This document shows, piece by piece, positions 15,569-23,148 of a DNA stretch of 32,000 nt. A program made the translations under genes and the position numbers. Every line of letters begins with the position of its first letter. Position 1 is the stretch's first letter. This DNA is from Candidatus Iainarchaeum sp. (GTDB lineage: Archaea > Iainarchaeota > Iainarchaeia > Iainarchaeales > JAZDEL01): contig JAZDEL010000010.1 of NCBI GenBank assembly GCA_043808785.1, forward strand, positions 180,001 to 212,000, in the 5' to 3' direction. A model generated the notes under the pieces. The model had not been told where the DNA came from, ran no database searches, and saw only the letters and a list, made by a program, of their open reading frames with translations.

Positions 15569-16759
15569 ATGAAACCCGATGGTTCGCTTGGTTACGAACT
15601 CGCCTTACTCCGCAGGCTTGTTTCCTTCCGCACTTTCAGCCCCGAGGAAAAGGGCTATTCCGCGTGCGCGGAATTCGTAGCGCGCGAGGGGAAGAGGATA
15701 GGGGCGAAGGTTAAGCGCTTCTCCCCGAAGGCGAAGGGCGGGGTTCCGATGCCGAACCTCATAATTTCCCTTAACCGCGGGGCAAAGGAAACCCTGCTTC
15801 TCATAACGCACTATGACACGGTTCCCGCAGGGGAAGGGTGGGGAAAAAGGGACCCGTTCCGCCTTTTGCTGAAGCGCGGCATTGTTTACGGCAGGGGCGC
15901 GGGGGACGATAAGGGCGCTATTGCCGCGGCTTTGGGCGCGATGCGCGAACTTGCACACGGAAAAAAACTGCGCCGCAACGTAAAGTTGGCTGTTGCATGT
16001 GATGAGGAGAACGGCGGCGCTTACGGCATGGGTTACCTTGCGAAGCACTGCAGGCACGCGCTTAAGGCTGATGCAGCGCTTGTGATTGATTCGGATGCTA
16101 AAATTGTGGAGCACGGGTGCAGCGGAACCGTTTCCGCCGAACTCACGCTCACGGGCGCGGAGGGGCACGCCGCATGCCCGCACCTGAACAGGAATGCCCT
16201 TGAGGAGGCGCTCCCATTCCTTGTTTCGCTTGTGCGCGAGTACAAAAAACTGCGCGAAAAAAAGCGCTCAAAGGCAAATGCATGCAGGGGAAAATTCCCG
16301 AAAGTGTGGGGCAGGTTCTCCCTTACCGTTCTCAACGCCGGGCAGAAAACAAACATGTTTCCGGACCGCGTTTCCGCCAAATTTGATATCCGCGCACTGC
16401 CGGAGGAAAGCGCGGGGGAAGTGATGCGCGAGTTCCGTTCCTTTGTGAAGCGGATGGTTAGGAAACACAAACTCGCGCGCTTCCGCCCTCGCCTGTCCCT
16501 GAAAGGGAGCACCGGCTACCTCACGCCCGAAAATGCGGAATTCATTCGCGAACTTCGCGCTAACCTGCGCGGCATCACGGGGAAAAAGTTCAGGGCATGC
16601 GCCGTGCTCGGCGCGGACGACGGCAGGTTTGTTGCTCGGCTGGGCATTCCCGTTGCGGGCTTCGGCCCCGGGGGGAAGAACGAGCACTCGCCGAGGGAGA
16701 GCATAAGCCTTCGCAACATTGCGCTGACGAAGGAACTGATAAAGCGGTGCTGCCTGTAG
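15569..16759 (+). CDS. M20-family metallopeptidase/deacylase (ArgE/DapE/LysK-like)
   Basis: 396 aa. ITHYDTVPAGEGW, GRGAGDDKGAIAA, and CDEENGG metal-ligand motifs. Confidence 0.8.
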   Translation: MKPDGSLGYELALLRRLVSFRTFSPEEKGYSACAEFVAREGKRIGAKVKRFSPKAKGGVPMPNLIISLNRGAKETLLLITHYDTVPAGEGWGKRDPFRLLLKRGIVYGRGAGDDKGAIAAALGAMRELAHGKKLRRNVKLAVACDEENGGAYGMGYLAKHCRHALKADAALVIDSDAKIVEHGCSGTVSAELTLTGAEGHAACPHLNRNALEEALPFLVSLVREYKKLREKKRSKANACRGKFPKVWGRFSLTVLNAGQKTNMFPDRVSAKFDIRALPEESAGEVMREFRSFVKRMVRKHKLARFRPRLSLKGSTGYLTPENAEFIRELRANLRGITGKKFRACAVLGADDGRFVARLGIPVAGFGPGGKNEHSPRESISLRNIALTKELIKRCCL

Positions 16760-16792
16760 GCAAAATAGGCGCGGTTAGGAATTTCCTTGCCG

Positions 16793-17077
16793 CTAACTGC
16801 CTTCAATCACTATTGCGTTCGGCACGAACCTGGGGTCAGTCTGGATTGCGTTCGGAACGAATGCTTCTTCGGTCTGGATTGCAAGCACGCGTGCCGGCTG
16901 GATTATGATTCCGTTCGGCACGAACGCGGGCGCGTCTATCTGGATTCCGTTGACAAGCGCAGGCGACTTTACCTGAACCGCCAGCGGCACAAACGCAGGC
17001 TCATCCATTACTACCGCACTTGCACCCGAAGCCAGGAACAGCACCGCAATTCCGAGCATGAATATTTTCGCTTTCAT
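16793..17077 (-). CDS. Small secreted protein with four (A/R)FVP(N/L) repeats
   Basis: 94 aa from ATG 17077 (MKAKIFMLGIAVLFLASGASA signal). Repeats: PAFVPLAV, PAFVPNGI, EAFVPNAI, RFVPNAI. The DNA shows the corresponding CGTTCGG(C/A)ACGAA repeats. Confidence 0.55.
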   Translation of the reverse strand: MKAKIFMLGIAVLFLASGASAVVMDEPAFVPLAVQVKSPALVNGIQIDAPAFVPNGIIIQPARVLAIQTEEAFVPNAIQTDPRFVPNAIVIEGS

Positions 17078-17147
17078 GTGTGCAATTAGCGCTGACCTGC
17101 ATTTAAACCTTTCGCGGGTGTTATTTGCCGGGTTCGGAGGTGAAAAA

Positions 17148-17480
17148 ATGAAATGCGCCTGCGGAGGAAAGCTTGAGGAGATAAAGACGGACATGGATTT
17201 TTTCGGCGGGAAGGTGGTTGTGCGGGACGTGCACGCATTCTACTGCCCGAAGTGCAGGGAGGAGATGTTCGATTCGAAGGAGGGCGACAGGATTTTCGAT
17301 GAAGTTTCAAAACTGAACATCGTGCAGCCATTCGAGAGCAGGAAGAAAATCGCAAAAGTCGGGAACAGTTTCGCAATTCCCGTTTCAAAGGAGATTGCGG
17401 ATTACCTGCAGATAAAGAAGGGAGGGGAAATAAAGATAACCGTTCAGGGGCAGAAAAGGCTCCTTGTGGATTTGGCTTAG
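17148..17480 (+). CDS. Zinc-ribbon (YgiT/MqsA-type) + AbrB/SpoVT-domain DNA-binding protein
   Basis: 110 aa from ATG 17148, preceded by GGAGGTGA (17136-17143). CxC..(27)..CPKC zinc ribbon. C-terminal KVGNSFAIPVSKEIADYLQIKKGGEIKI is a swapped-hairpin AbrB-like motif. Confidence 0.7.
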   Translation: MKCACGGKLEEIKTDMDFFGGKVVVRDVHAFYCPKCREEMFDSKEGDRIFDEVSKLNIVQPFESRKKIAKVGNSFAIPVSKEIADYLQIKKGGEIKITVQGQKRLLVDLA

Positions 17481-17532
17481 CGCTTCCGCGCAAGGTTTAT
17501 ATAGCCGAAAAGCCTCTAAATCTGCACAAGTG

Positions 17533-18471
17533 ATGTTGATGCGCTTTCCATTATTCGCGTTCGCGCTTCTTGCCGCGGCGCTTCTTTTATTCGGCTGCGC
17601 AGCCACTGAAGATGGCGGGGCGGGCACAGCCGAGCAGGCTTCTGCAGGTTTGGGGAGCGCAGGCACTGCTGCTGATGCTGCGGGCACAGCAACAGCCGAA
17701 GCAGGCAAAGGCGCCGCGGGAGAACCCGCAGGCATGGGTGCTGCAGAAGAAACCGCCGCCGCTGCAGCAGGCACGCAGTTCAGCGAATGGAAAGCCCCCG
17801 ACGGTTCAATCACATTGCAGGTTCCCGCAGGGTGGAAGGCGACAGAGAAGCAGGTCGACACCTGCACAGTGAACTGGTCGGTTGAAAATGCCGCGGGAAC
17901 GAGTTCCGCATACATGGCAAACCAGATACTTGTCTTTAAATCCGAGGATGCGCGGCAGATATACAAGGCGTACGGCATGAGCGGAATCGACAGCACGCCC
18001 GTTTCCGATTACCTCGGCGCGGAAGCGGCGTCTGCGCAGGTTGTTGCGCCGCTTTCGGGCTCGGGCAGCCTGCAGGTCACCGCAAGGGACGATGCCCTTA
18101 CGCAGCAGTTCTTGCAGGCTGTCTGCATTTCAGGCCTTGCCGCATGCGACGCCTCTGTTTTCGAGGCGACATACGAAAACAACGGAACCTCAATGCGCGG
18201 CAAATACCTTGTCCAGTCCTTCGATTTGGGCGACGGCATGACTTGGTGGGTAAATGTCTGGGGCTACACGGCGCCGGCAACGGAGTGGGGCGCTTCCAAA
18301 GGCACGCTCGAGGAAATATTCACATCCGTGAAATACACGGAAGGCTGGGCGGCAAAGTGCGGGCAGAATGCCGCGTCAACAACAGGCGTAATCGATGAAG
18401 TCATCAGGAGCCGCCAGGAAGCCTCCGGCAAGTCCGCGGAAGAATGGGATGAATACATACGGGGCGGGTAA
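17533..18471 (+). CDS. Lipoprotein with Ala/Gly-rich linker, function unknown
   Basis: Signal plus lipobox LLFGC from ATG 17533. About 75-aa low-complexity A/G/T/E linker, then a globular domain with several Cys and Trp. Confidence 0.65.
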   Translation: MLMRFPLFAFALLAAALLLFGCAATEDGGAGTAEQASAGLGSAGTAADAAGTATAEAGKGAAGEPAGMGAAEETAAAAAGTQFSEWKAPDGSITLQVPAGWKATEKQVDTCTVNWSVENAAGTSSAYMANQILVFKSEDARQIYKAYGMSGIDSTPVSDYLGAEAASAQVVAPLSGSGSLQVTARDDALTQQFLQAVCISGLAACDASVFEATYENNGTSMRGKYLVQSFDLGDGMTWWVNVWGYTAPATEWGASKGTLEEIFTSVKYTEGWAAKCGQNAASTTGVIDEVIRSRQEASGKSAEEWDEYIRGG

Positions 18472-18519
18472 CCTGCGGAATGGTTCTCTTCATCGTGTTT
18501 GCCGCATCGCCCCGCCTGT

Positions 18520-19080
18520 TCATTTCCTTTTTCTAGTTACTTTCCCCCAAAGGTATCTTGCCGCCCCCGGTCCAGGCAAGAATTTTCTTTGCGCCTTTCT
18601 AATCTTTTCATGTACCCAGGATTTTTTTAATTTCGGCTCGCCTATTCTTGCCCTGGCAAGGTAAAAATTGGAAAGATAGCGTTTCATAAACCCTTTTTTG
18701 GGTTCTTTGACCAGCAGCACGTTGCCTTTTGCGTCGACAATCATGTGGCTGTATCTTCCCTTAATTTCCTTGAATGGCAAATCCTTTTTCAGTTTTCCTG
18801 TGGAAAGCATTTGCAGAAGGGTGCCCTGCTCGTATTTCGCCCCCATGGCGCGCAGGCTCATGCACCCCGCATAGCCGGTGGCTGCTATAAGCGGAATATT
18901 GCCAAGTATCCCTGCAGCCCCATAAAACATGGCGCCGCAAACTATAACCCCCATCTGAGATTTTATCTGGCCTATAACTGTCCTGGCATTCGCGTCTAAA
19001 TCGCCATATTTTATAAAAATGCTCCCCGGGAATTCTTTGGCTAAGTTTTCGCCGGATTTGAACAACACCATTTCCGCCAT
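18520..19080 (-). CDS. Hypothetical membrane protein (AT-richer orphan)
   Basis: 186 aa. Two glycine-rich hydrophobic segments (GVIVCGAMFYGAAGILGNIPLIAATGYAGC) and a basic C-terminus. Lies 24 nt downstream of the ribL-like gene on the same strand. Confidence 0.5.
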   Translation of the reverse strand: MAEMVLFKSGENLAKEFPGSIFIKYGDLDANARTVIGQIKSQMGVIVCGAMFYGAAGILGNIPLIAATGYAGCMSLRAMGAKYEQGTLLQMLSTGKLKKDLPFKEIKGRYSHMIVDAKGNVLLVKEPKKGFMKRYLSNFYLARARIGEPKLKKSWVHEKIRKAQRKFLPGPGAARYLWGKVTRKRK

Positions 19081-19104
19081 ATTGATTCCTCATTGATTTG
19101 ACCG

Positions 19105-19590
19105 TCAAACCAGCGGCAGCCTTTTCCTCAGCAGTGAACTCTTGTTAGTTTCGTGCAGGTAAGGTTTTGCCCTCACGATTTTCGGCAGGGGCCTGATGCC
19201 CGCAGCGGAAAGCCGCAGCGTGAGCACGTCCTCATCCTCCCTTGCGTCATAACCAAGCACGAGAACCGCGGGTTTTTGTTTTTTTATTTCGGCGAACCTT
19301 TCCGCCGCGCTTTCGCTGCCGAGCACGGCAACATCCACAACCCTCAGCGCCCCGACAAGCGCAAGCCTGTCCTTTTCCGGGTTCACGGGCAGCGCGCCCT
19401 TCTCGGAAAGCGCAACCCTGTCGCGCGCCACGACAACAACCAGTTTCCCGCGCCCATGCGTTTTCCCTTTTTTGCCCGCGCCTTTTCCCGCGGTTCCCGC
19501 GAGTTTTTTCGCGCTCTGGAGGTAATGCAGATGCCCTGCATGGAGGAAATCGAAAGTGCCAAATGCCATAACCGTACTGCTCTTTTTCAT
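19105..19590 (-). CDS. ribL: Cytidylyltransferase-fold nucleotidyltransferase, RibL-like archaeal FAD synthase
   Basis: GTFDFLHAGH (HxGH) motif, VVVARD, and C-terminal layout resemble archaeal RibL. Contains a Gly/Lys-rich insertion (AGTAGKGAGKKGKTHGRGK). Confidence 0.6.
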   Translation of the reverse strand: MKKSSTVMAFGTFDFLHAGHLHYLQSAKKLAGTAGKGAGKKGKTHGRGKLVVVVARDRVALSEKGALPVNPEKDRLALVGALRVVDVAVLGSESAAERFAEIKKQKPAVLVLGYDAREDEDVLTLRLSAAGIRPLPKIVRAKPYLHETNKSSLLRKRLPLV

Positions 19591-19737
19591 AAACTTAATA
19601 TACTCATTCGGTGTTTAATAATACTAACCCTTAACCCCAATCCCGCCAATCAAACCCTTCGCGGGTTTTGGTTTTTTGTGCGGGTTGTTTGGGGCTTGGT
19701 TTTTGTTCGGGGTTGTTTGCAGAACGGCGTGGTTATT

Positions 19738-20742
19738 ATGAACGCGGAAGAAAGGATGGCGCTCATAAGGCGCAACACTGTGGAGCTGGTTACCGAGGGC
19801 GAGATCGGGCAGCTGCTCAGGGAAAAAAAGCGCCCCGTTACTTACTGCGGCTATGAACCCTCTGGCGAGGTTCATTTGGGGCACGCCGTGACTACTACTA
19901 AACTAATGGACCTTGCCGATGCGGGTTTTGAGGTAAAGGTGCTTCTTGCGGACTGGCACGCATTCCTCAACAACAAGGGCGATTGGGATTTCATAAACGG
20001 CACCACAAAAATGTGGGAGAAGGCTTTCAAAAAGCTCGGCCTGAAGGATGCGAAATTTGTCCTCGGCTCGCAGTTCCAGATGAAGGAGGCGTACATTGCG
20101 GACCTCCTCACATTGTGCCAGCGGGTCACAGTAAACCGCGGCCTGCGCGCAATGCAGGAAGTTTCGCGCGATATAGAGAACGCGAAGGTTTCGCAGGCCG
20201 TTTACCCCCTGATGCAGGCCAATGACATAAAGCATCTGGGTGTCGATGTTGCGGAAGCGGGCATCGAACAGCGCAAAATTCACATGCTTGCGCGCGAGCA
20301 CCTGGAAGGCATCGGCTACAGGAAGCCGATGTTCGTGCACACGCCGCTTATAAATTCCCTGCTCGGGTCGGGAACGAAAATGTCCTCGAGCGTGCCCGGC
20401 ACTAAAATGTCCTCGAGCGACAAGGGTTCGCTTATTTCCGTGAGGGACAGCACCGAGGAAATAAAAAAGAAGATCGCCCGCGCCTATTGCCCGGAAAGGG
20501 CCGCGGAGAACAACCCCGTTCTCGAAATTGTCCAGTTGGTAATTTTCCCGCGCCTCGAGAACGGGAAAAAGGCGTTCGAGGTCAGGAGACCTGAAAAGTT
20601 CGGGGGGGATGTTGCGTTTTCATCCTACGCGGAACTGCACCGCGCTTTCGCGGAAGGGAAATTGCACCCCGCTGACCTGAAGGCGGCAACTGCGGCTTAC
20701 CTCGCGGAAATATTCGCGCCTGTGCGCGAAGTGTTCAAATAG
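19738..20742 (+). CDS. tyrS: Tyrosyl-tRNA synthetase, archaeal type
   Basis: 334 aa from ATG 19738. YCGYEPSGEVHLGH (HIGH-type), LLADWHAFLN, and KMSSS (present twice). The ORF-track 5' extension (19153-19737) runs antisense to ribL and is not coding. Confidence 0.9.
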   Translation: MNAEERMALIRRNTVELVTEGEIGQLLREKKRPVTYCGYEPSGEVHLGHAVTTTKLMDLADAGFEVKVLLADWHAFLNNKGDWDFINGTTKMWEKAFKKLGLKDAKFVLGSQFQMKEAYIADLLTLCQRVTVNRGLRAMQEVSRDIENAKVSQAVYPLMQANDIKHLGVDVAEAGIEQRKIHMLAREHLEGIGYRKPMFVHTPLINSLLGSGTKMSSSVPGTKMSSSDKGSLISVRDSTEEIKKKIARAYCPERAAENNPVLEIVQLVIFPRLENGKKAFEVRRPEKFGGDVAFSSYAELHRAFAEGKLHPADLKAATAAYLAEIFAPVREVFK

Positions 20743-20769
20743 CAACGCAATGCGTGTCTTGGTGATTTT

Positions 20770-21798
20770 TTGCCTTTTCCGTGGAAGTTGAGTTTATTCT
20801 CCGGGCATCCTGCGCATTCCAAAACCCTTTCGCAGCACGAAAAAATTAAGCGCGGGGCGATAAAGGGCGTTGGCGATGCGCGCCACATAAGGCACATTCC
20901 CCTCAATGAAATTCCCGAGGGCGCGCTTTTCGTTGCGAATTATGCCTTCCGCACGGTCGGGAAAAAATTTCTCGTAAGGTTTGAGAAAGGGGCTCTCCAA
21001 AAAAAGTTCGAGCTGCGCAGCGAGGGCGGGAAGCTTTCATGGGTCGGCGCAAGCGGCATATTGAAGTGGTCGAACAAGGACGCATACCTTTCCCTGCGCC
21101 CCGCCGCACTGGACCTTCCATCCGCGGGCGAGGTTAAAAAGGCGGTTCAGCAGCGTAAGCGGCCGCCGCTCAGGCTGCCTGTGGAGGACAGGATTGAAAA
21201 AGTGGAACGGATGATTGCCTATGCGGAATTGCTGACCGCAGGCAGGTGGGCGGATACATCTGCAGAGCTTGGCACGGTTAAAACTTCCTGGGTTAAGGGC
21301 AGGATGCTTATTGAAACCCCCCGCGGCGGAGGCAGGTCGACATACGTTGAAAAATCAGGGGAGGGAGTTTTTGCGCCCAGATACATGCGTGCTGAAATAG
21401 TGCCGCTCAAAAGCGTTCCAACAGGCGTTTCGTTTCCGGACTTGCGGGCAGGCTACTACCAGGGTTACGCAGGGACGCTGATGCACATATCCTTTGAAAG
21501 AACGCTCGGCAAAGTTACAAAAACAGTCGAGGCTGTATGCATTTCCGGCGGCAAGGAAGCAGTTTACCCGATATATCTCCGTGCGCGCGGCCCGAATGAA
21601 AACCCGCAGTATTTTTTCAGCAGGGAGGGCAGTTTTCTGATTACTGTCCTGAAAAGCCAGAATGCAAAAATAACGCCCGTCGTGCTGCGCGAAAAGAACA
21701 GGCTTGTCAGGGGCTGCCGCATTGAAAGGGGCGACAAACTTGTGAAAGGCAAAAGCGGCAATCTTGTGGAGGATGTAATTTACAGGGAAGGCACGTAA
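20770..21798 (+). CDS. Hypothetical protein, 342 aa, non-ATG (TTG) start in ORF track
   Basis: Long ORF with normal K/E/R-rich composition. No recognisable motif. The first in-frame ATG comes only after roughly 150 codons. Competing antisense ORFs look spurious. Confidence 0.45.
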   Translation: MPFPWKLSLFSGHPAHSKTLSQHEKIKRGAIKGVGDARHIRHIPLNEIPEGALFVANYAFRTVGKKFLVRFEKGALQKKFELRSEGGKLSWVGASGILKWSNKDAYLSLRPAALDLPSAGEVKKAVQQRKRPPLRLPVEDRIEKVERMIAYAELLTAGRWADTSAELGTVKTSWVKGRMLIETPRGGGRSTYVEKSGEGVFAPRYMRAEIVPLKSVPTGVSFPDLRAGYYQGYAGTLMHISFERTLGKVTKTVEAVCISGGKEAVYPIYLRARGPNENPQYFFSREGSFLITVLKSQNAKITPVVLREKNRLVRGCRIERGDKLVKGKSGNLVEDVIYREGT

Positions 21799-21856
21799 TG
21801 GCCGCGGGGGAGGCGCGGCACAACCTTTAAATACACCCTTTTCCTTATATAAAACC

Positions 21857-22489
21857 ATGAATCCGCTGAAACTGTTCGTTTCGCCGCGCAGGGCCGTGAG
21901 GGACGCATACGAGAAGCCTAACCTTGCTATTGCGTTCGTGCTTGTCCTTGCTCCCGTCGTTTTCGTCGCGGCAATGCAGTCCTTCCTCGGCCTTGAGTTT
22001 GTCATTCAAGATTTCGCATGGACGCTTGCCTCCACAATCCTCGCATGGCTTGCGGGCGGGATTATACTTTACATACTCCTGTACGCGCTGAAGGGCGGAA
22101 CAATACACGGCAGGCTTTCGGGCGCGCTATCCGCATTCTCCCTCCTTTACGCAATAAGGTTCGCGATATTCGCGGTGTTCTTTGCGGCGATAATGCTTGT
22201 AGCGCCGCAGCTGCCCGCAAAACTCTCCGCGCTTACGCACACCGCGCCCGGCATGGATGACGCGCAATTAATGTCCGAACTCGGAAACATCCCCACGGCA
22301 TCGCAGGACACCGTGCTGATAATTATGCCCCTCACATTCGTTGTGCTTTCCCTGCTCGTGCTGTTTGCGGTTTATTTCTTCTACCTCCTTGTTGCCGAGG
22401 AAGGCAGGGGCGGCCTGCTGAAGAACCTTGTGATGATGGTTCTTTTCCTCGGGTTCCTGATACTTATAAATTCCGTACTCGGCGCCTGA
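21857..22489 (+). CDS. Yip1-domain-like integral membrane protein
   Basis: 210 aa, 5 TM segments after a short cytosolic N-terminus (FVSPRRAVRDAYEKPN), a topology typical of the Yip1/DUF1282 family. Confidence 0.5.
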   Translation: MNPLKLFVSPRRAVRDAYEKPNLAIAFVLVLAPVVFVAAMQSFLGLEFVIQDFAWTLASTILAWLAGGIILYILLYALKGGTIHGRLSGALSAFSLLYAIRFAIFAVFFAAIMLVAPQLPAKLSALTHTAPGMDDAQLMSELGNIPTASQDTVLIIMPLTFVVLSLLVLFAVYFFYLLVAEEGRGGLLKNLVMMVLFLGFLILINSVLGA

Positions 22490-22576
22490 TTGCGCCCCCC
22501 GCGGCTTTGAACAGCCCGCGCGCGCGGTTAAGCAAACCCCGCAAACCCGCGCGCTATTTTGGCTTGCGCCAAAATG

Positions 22577-22623
22577 CGCCCATTCGGGCATTCGCCCGAA
22601 TAGGGCGGTTTTTTTGTTTTTTT
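22577..22623 (+). terminator. Hairpin plus long T-tract downstream of the Yip1-like gene
   Basis: Stem TTCGGGC(22583-22589)/GCCCGAA(22594-22600), extended by CGCCC/GGGCG, followed by T8-G-T7 (22609-22623). Confidence 0.6.
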
Positions 22624-22803
22624 GCGCGCTTTTTCCCTGCCCCCCATGGCGCGGACTTTTGCGCCCTTTTTCCCGTGTTTTTTCGGCAGTTTCCGCGGAA
22701 AAACCCGCAAAAAATACCCTTATAAACACTATGGGCTGGAGAAAAATATTATTGGCGCAGGTATCCTGAAAGGGCTTGCGCCGAAGCCCGCAATGGTGTC
22801 TGC

Positions 22804-23004
22804 ATGCGCGTGAAATGCCCGGAATGCAAGGAACCCTTCGATTTGAGCGTTAACGATTACGATGAAGGGGACTCTGTGGAGTGCCCCGAATGCTCATCGG
22901 AATGCACCGTTACGGTTAAGGGCGGAAAGCTGAAGCTTGCAAGCGAGAAGGAAAAGTATTACGACGCCGACGACGAATTCTACGGAGAAGAGGAAGAGGA
23001 GTAA
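22804..23004 (+). CDS. LysW/ArgW-like zinc-ribbon protein with acidic C-terminal tail
   Basis: 66 aa. CPEC..(19)..CPEC zinc ribbon, a beta-rich middle, and the C-terminus DDEFYGEEEEE. The latter resembles the EDWGE-type tail of amino-group carrier proteins. Confidence 0.45.
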   Translation: MRVKCPECKEPFDLSVNDYDEGDSVECPECSSECTVTVKGGKLKLASEKEKYYDADDEFYGEEEEE

Positions 23005-23148
23005 GCCCGGGTTCCCCCCTGCCCCGGACCAAAGCGCCAAAAAATAAACCCGCCCCACAGCAGCCTTGAGCCCCCCGCCAAAAAATAAAACAACTTAAAA
23101 TAACTTGCGCACGGTATATTTCGGCTGTGTTTGGCGCCTTGTGGTTTC

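Noticed and set aside
17385-17996. 203-aa minus-strand ORF
   Set aside because: Antisense to the lipoprotein gene's Ala-rich linker, where alanine codons read as alanine/serine runs on the other strand. No signal or start context.
19153-19737. 5' extension of the tyrS ORF to 529 aa
   Set aside because: The extension is antisense to the ribL-like gene and crosses the promoter spacer. The TyrRS homology begins at ATG 19738.
21355-22005. 216-aa minus-strand ORF spanning two plus-strand genes and their spacer
   Set aside because: Crosses the intergenic promoter region of the Yip1-like gene and overlaps two plus-strand ORFs with better composition.
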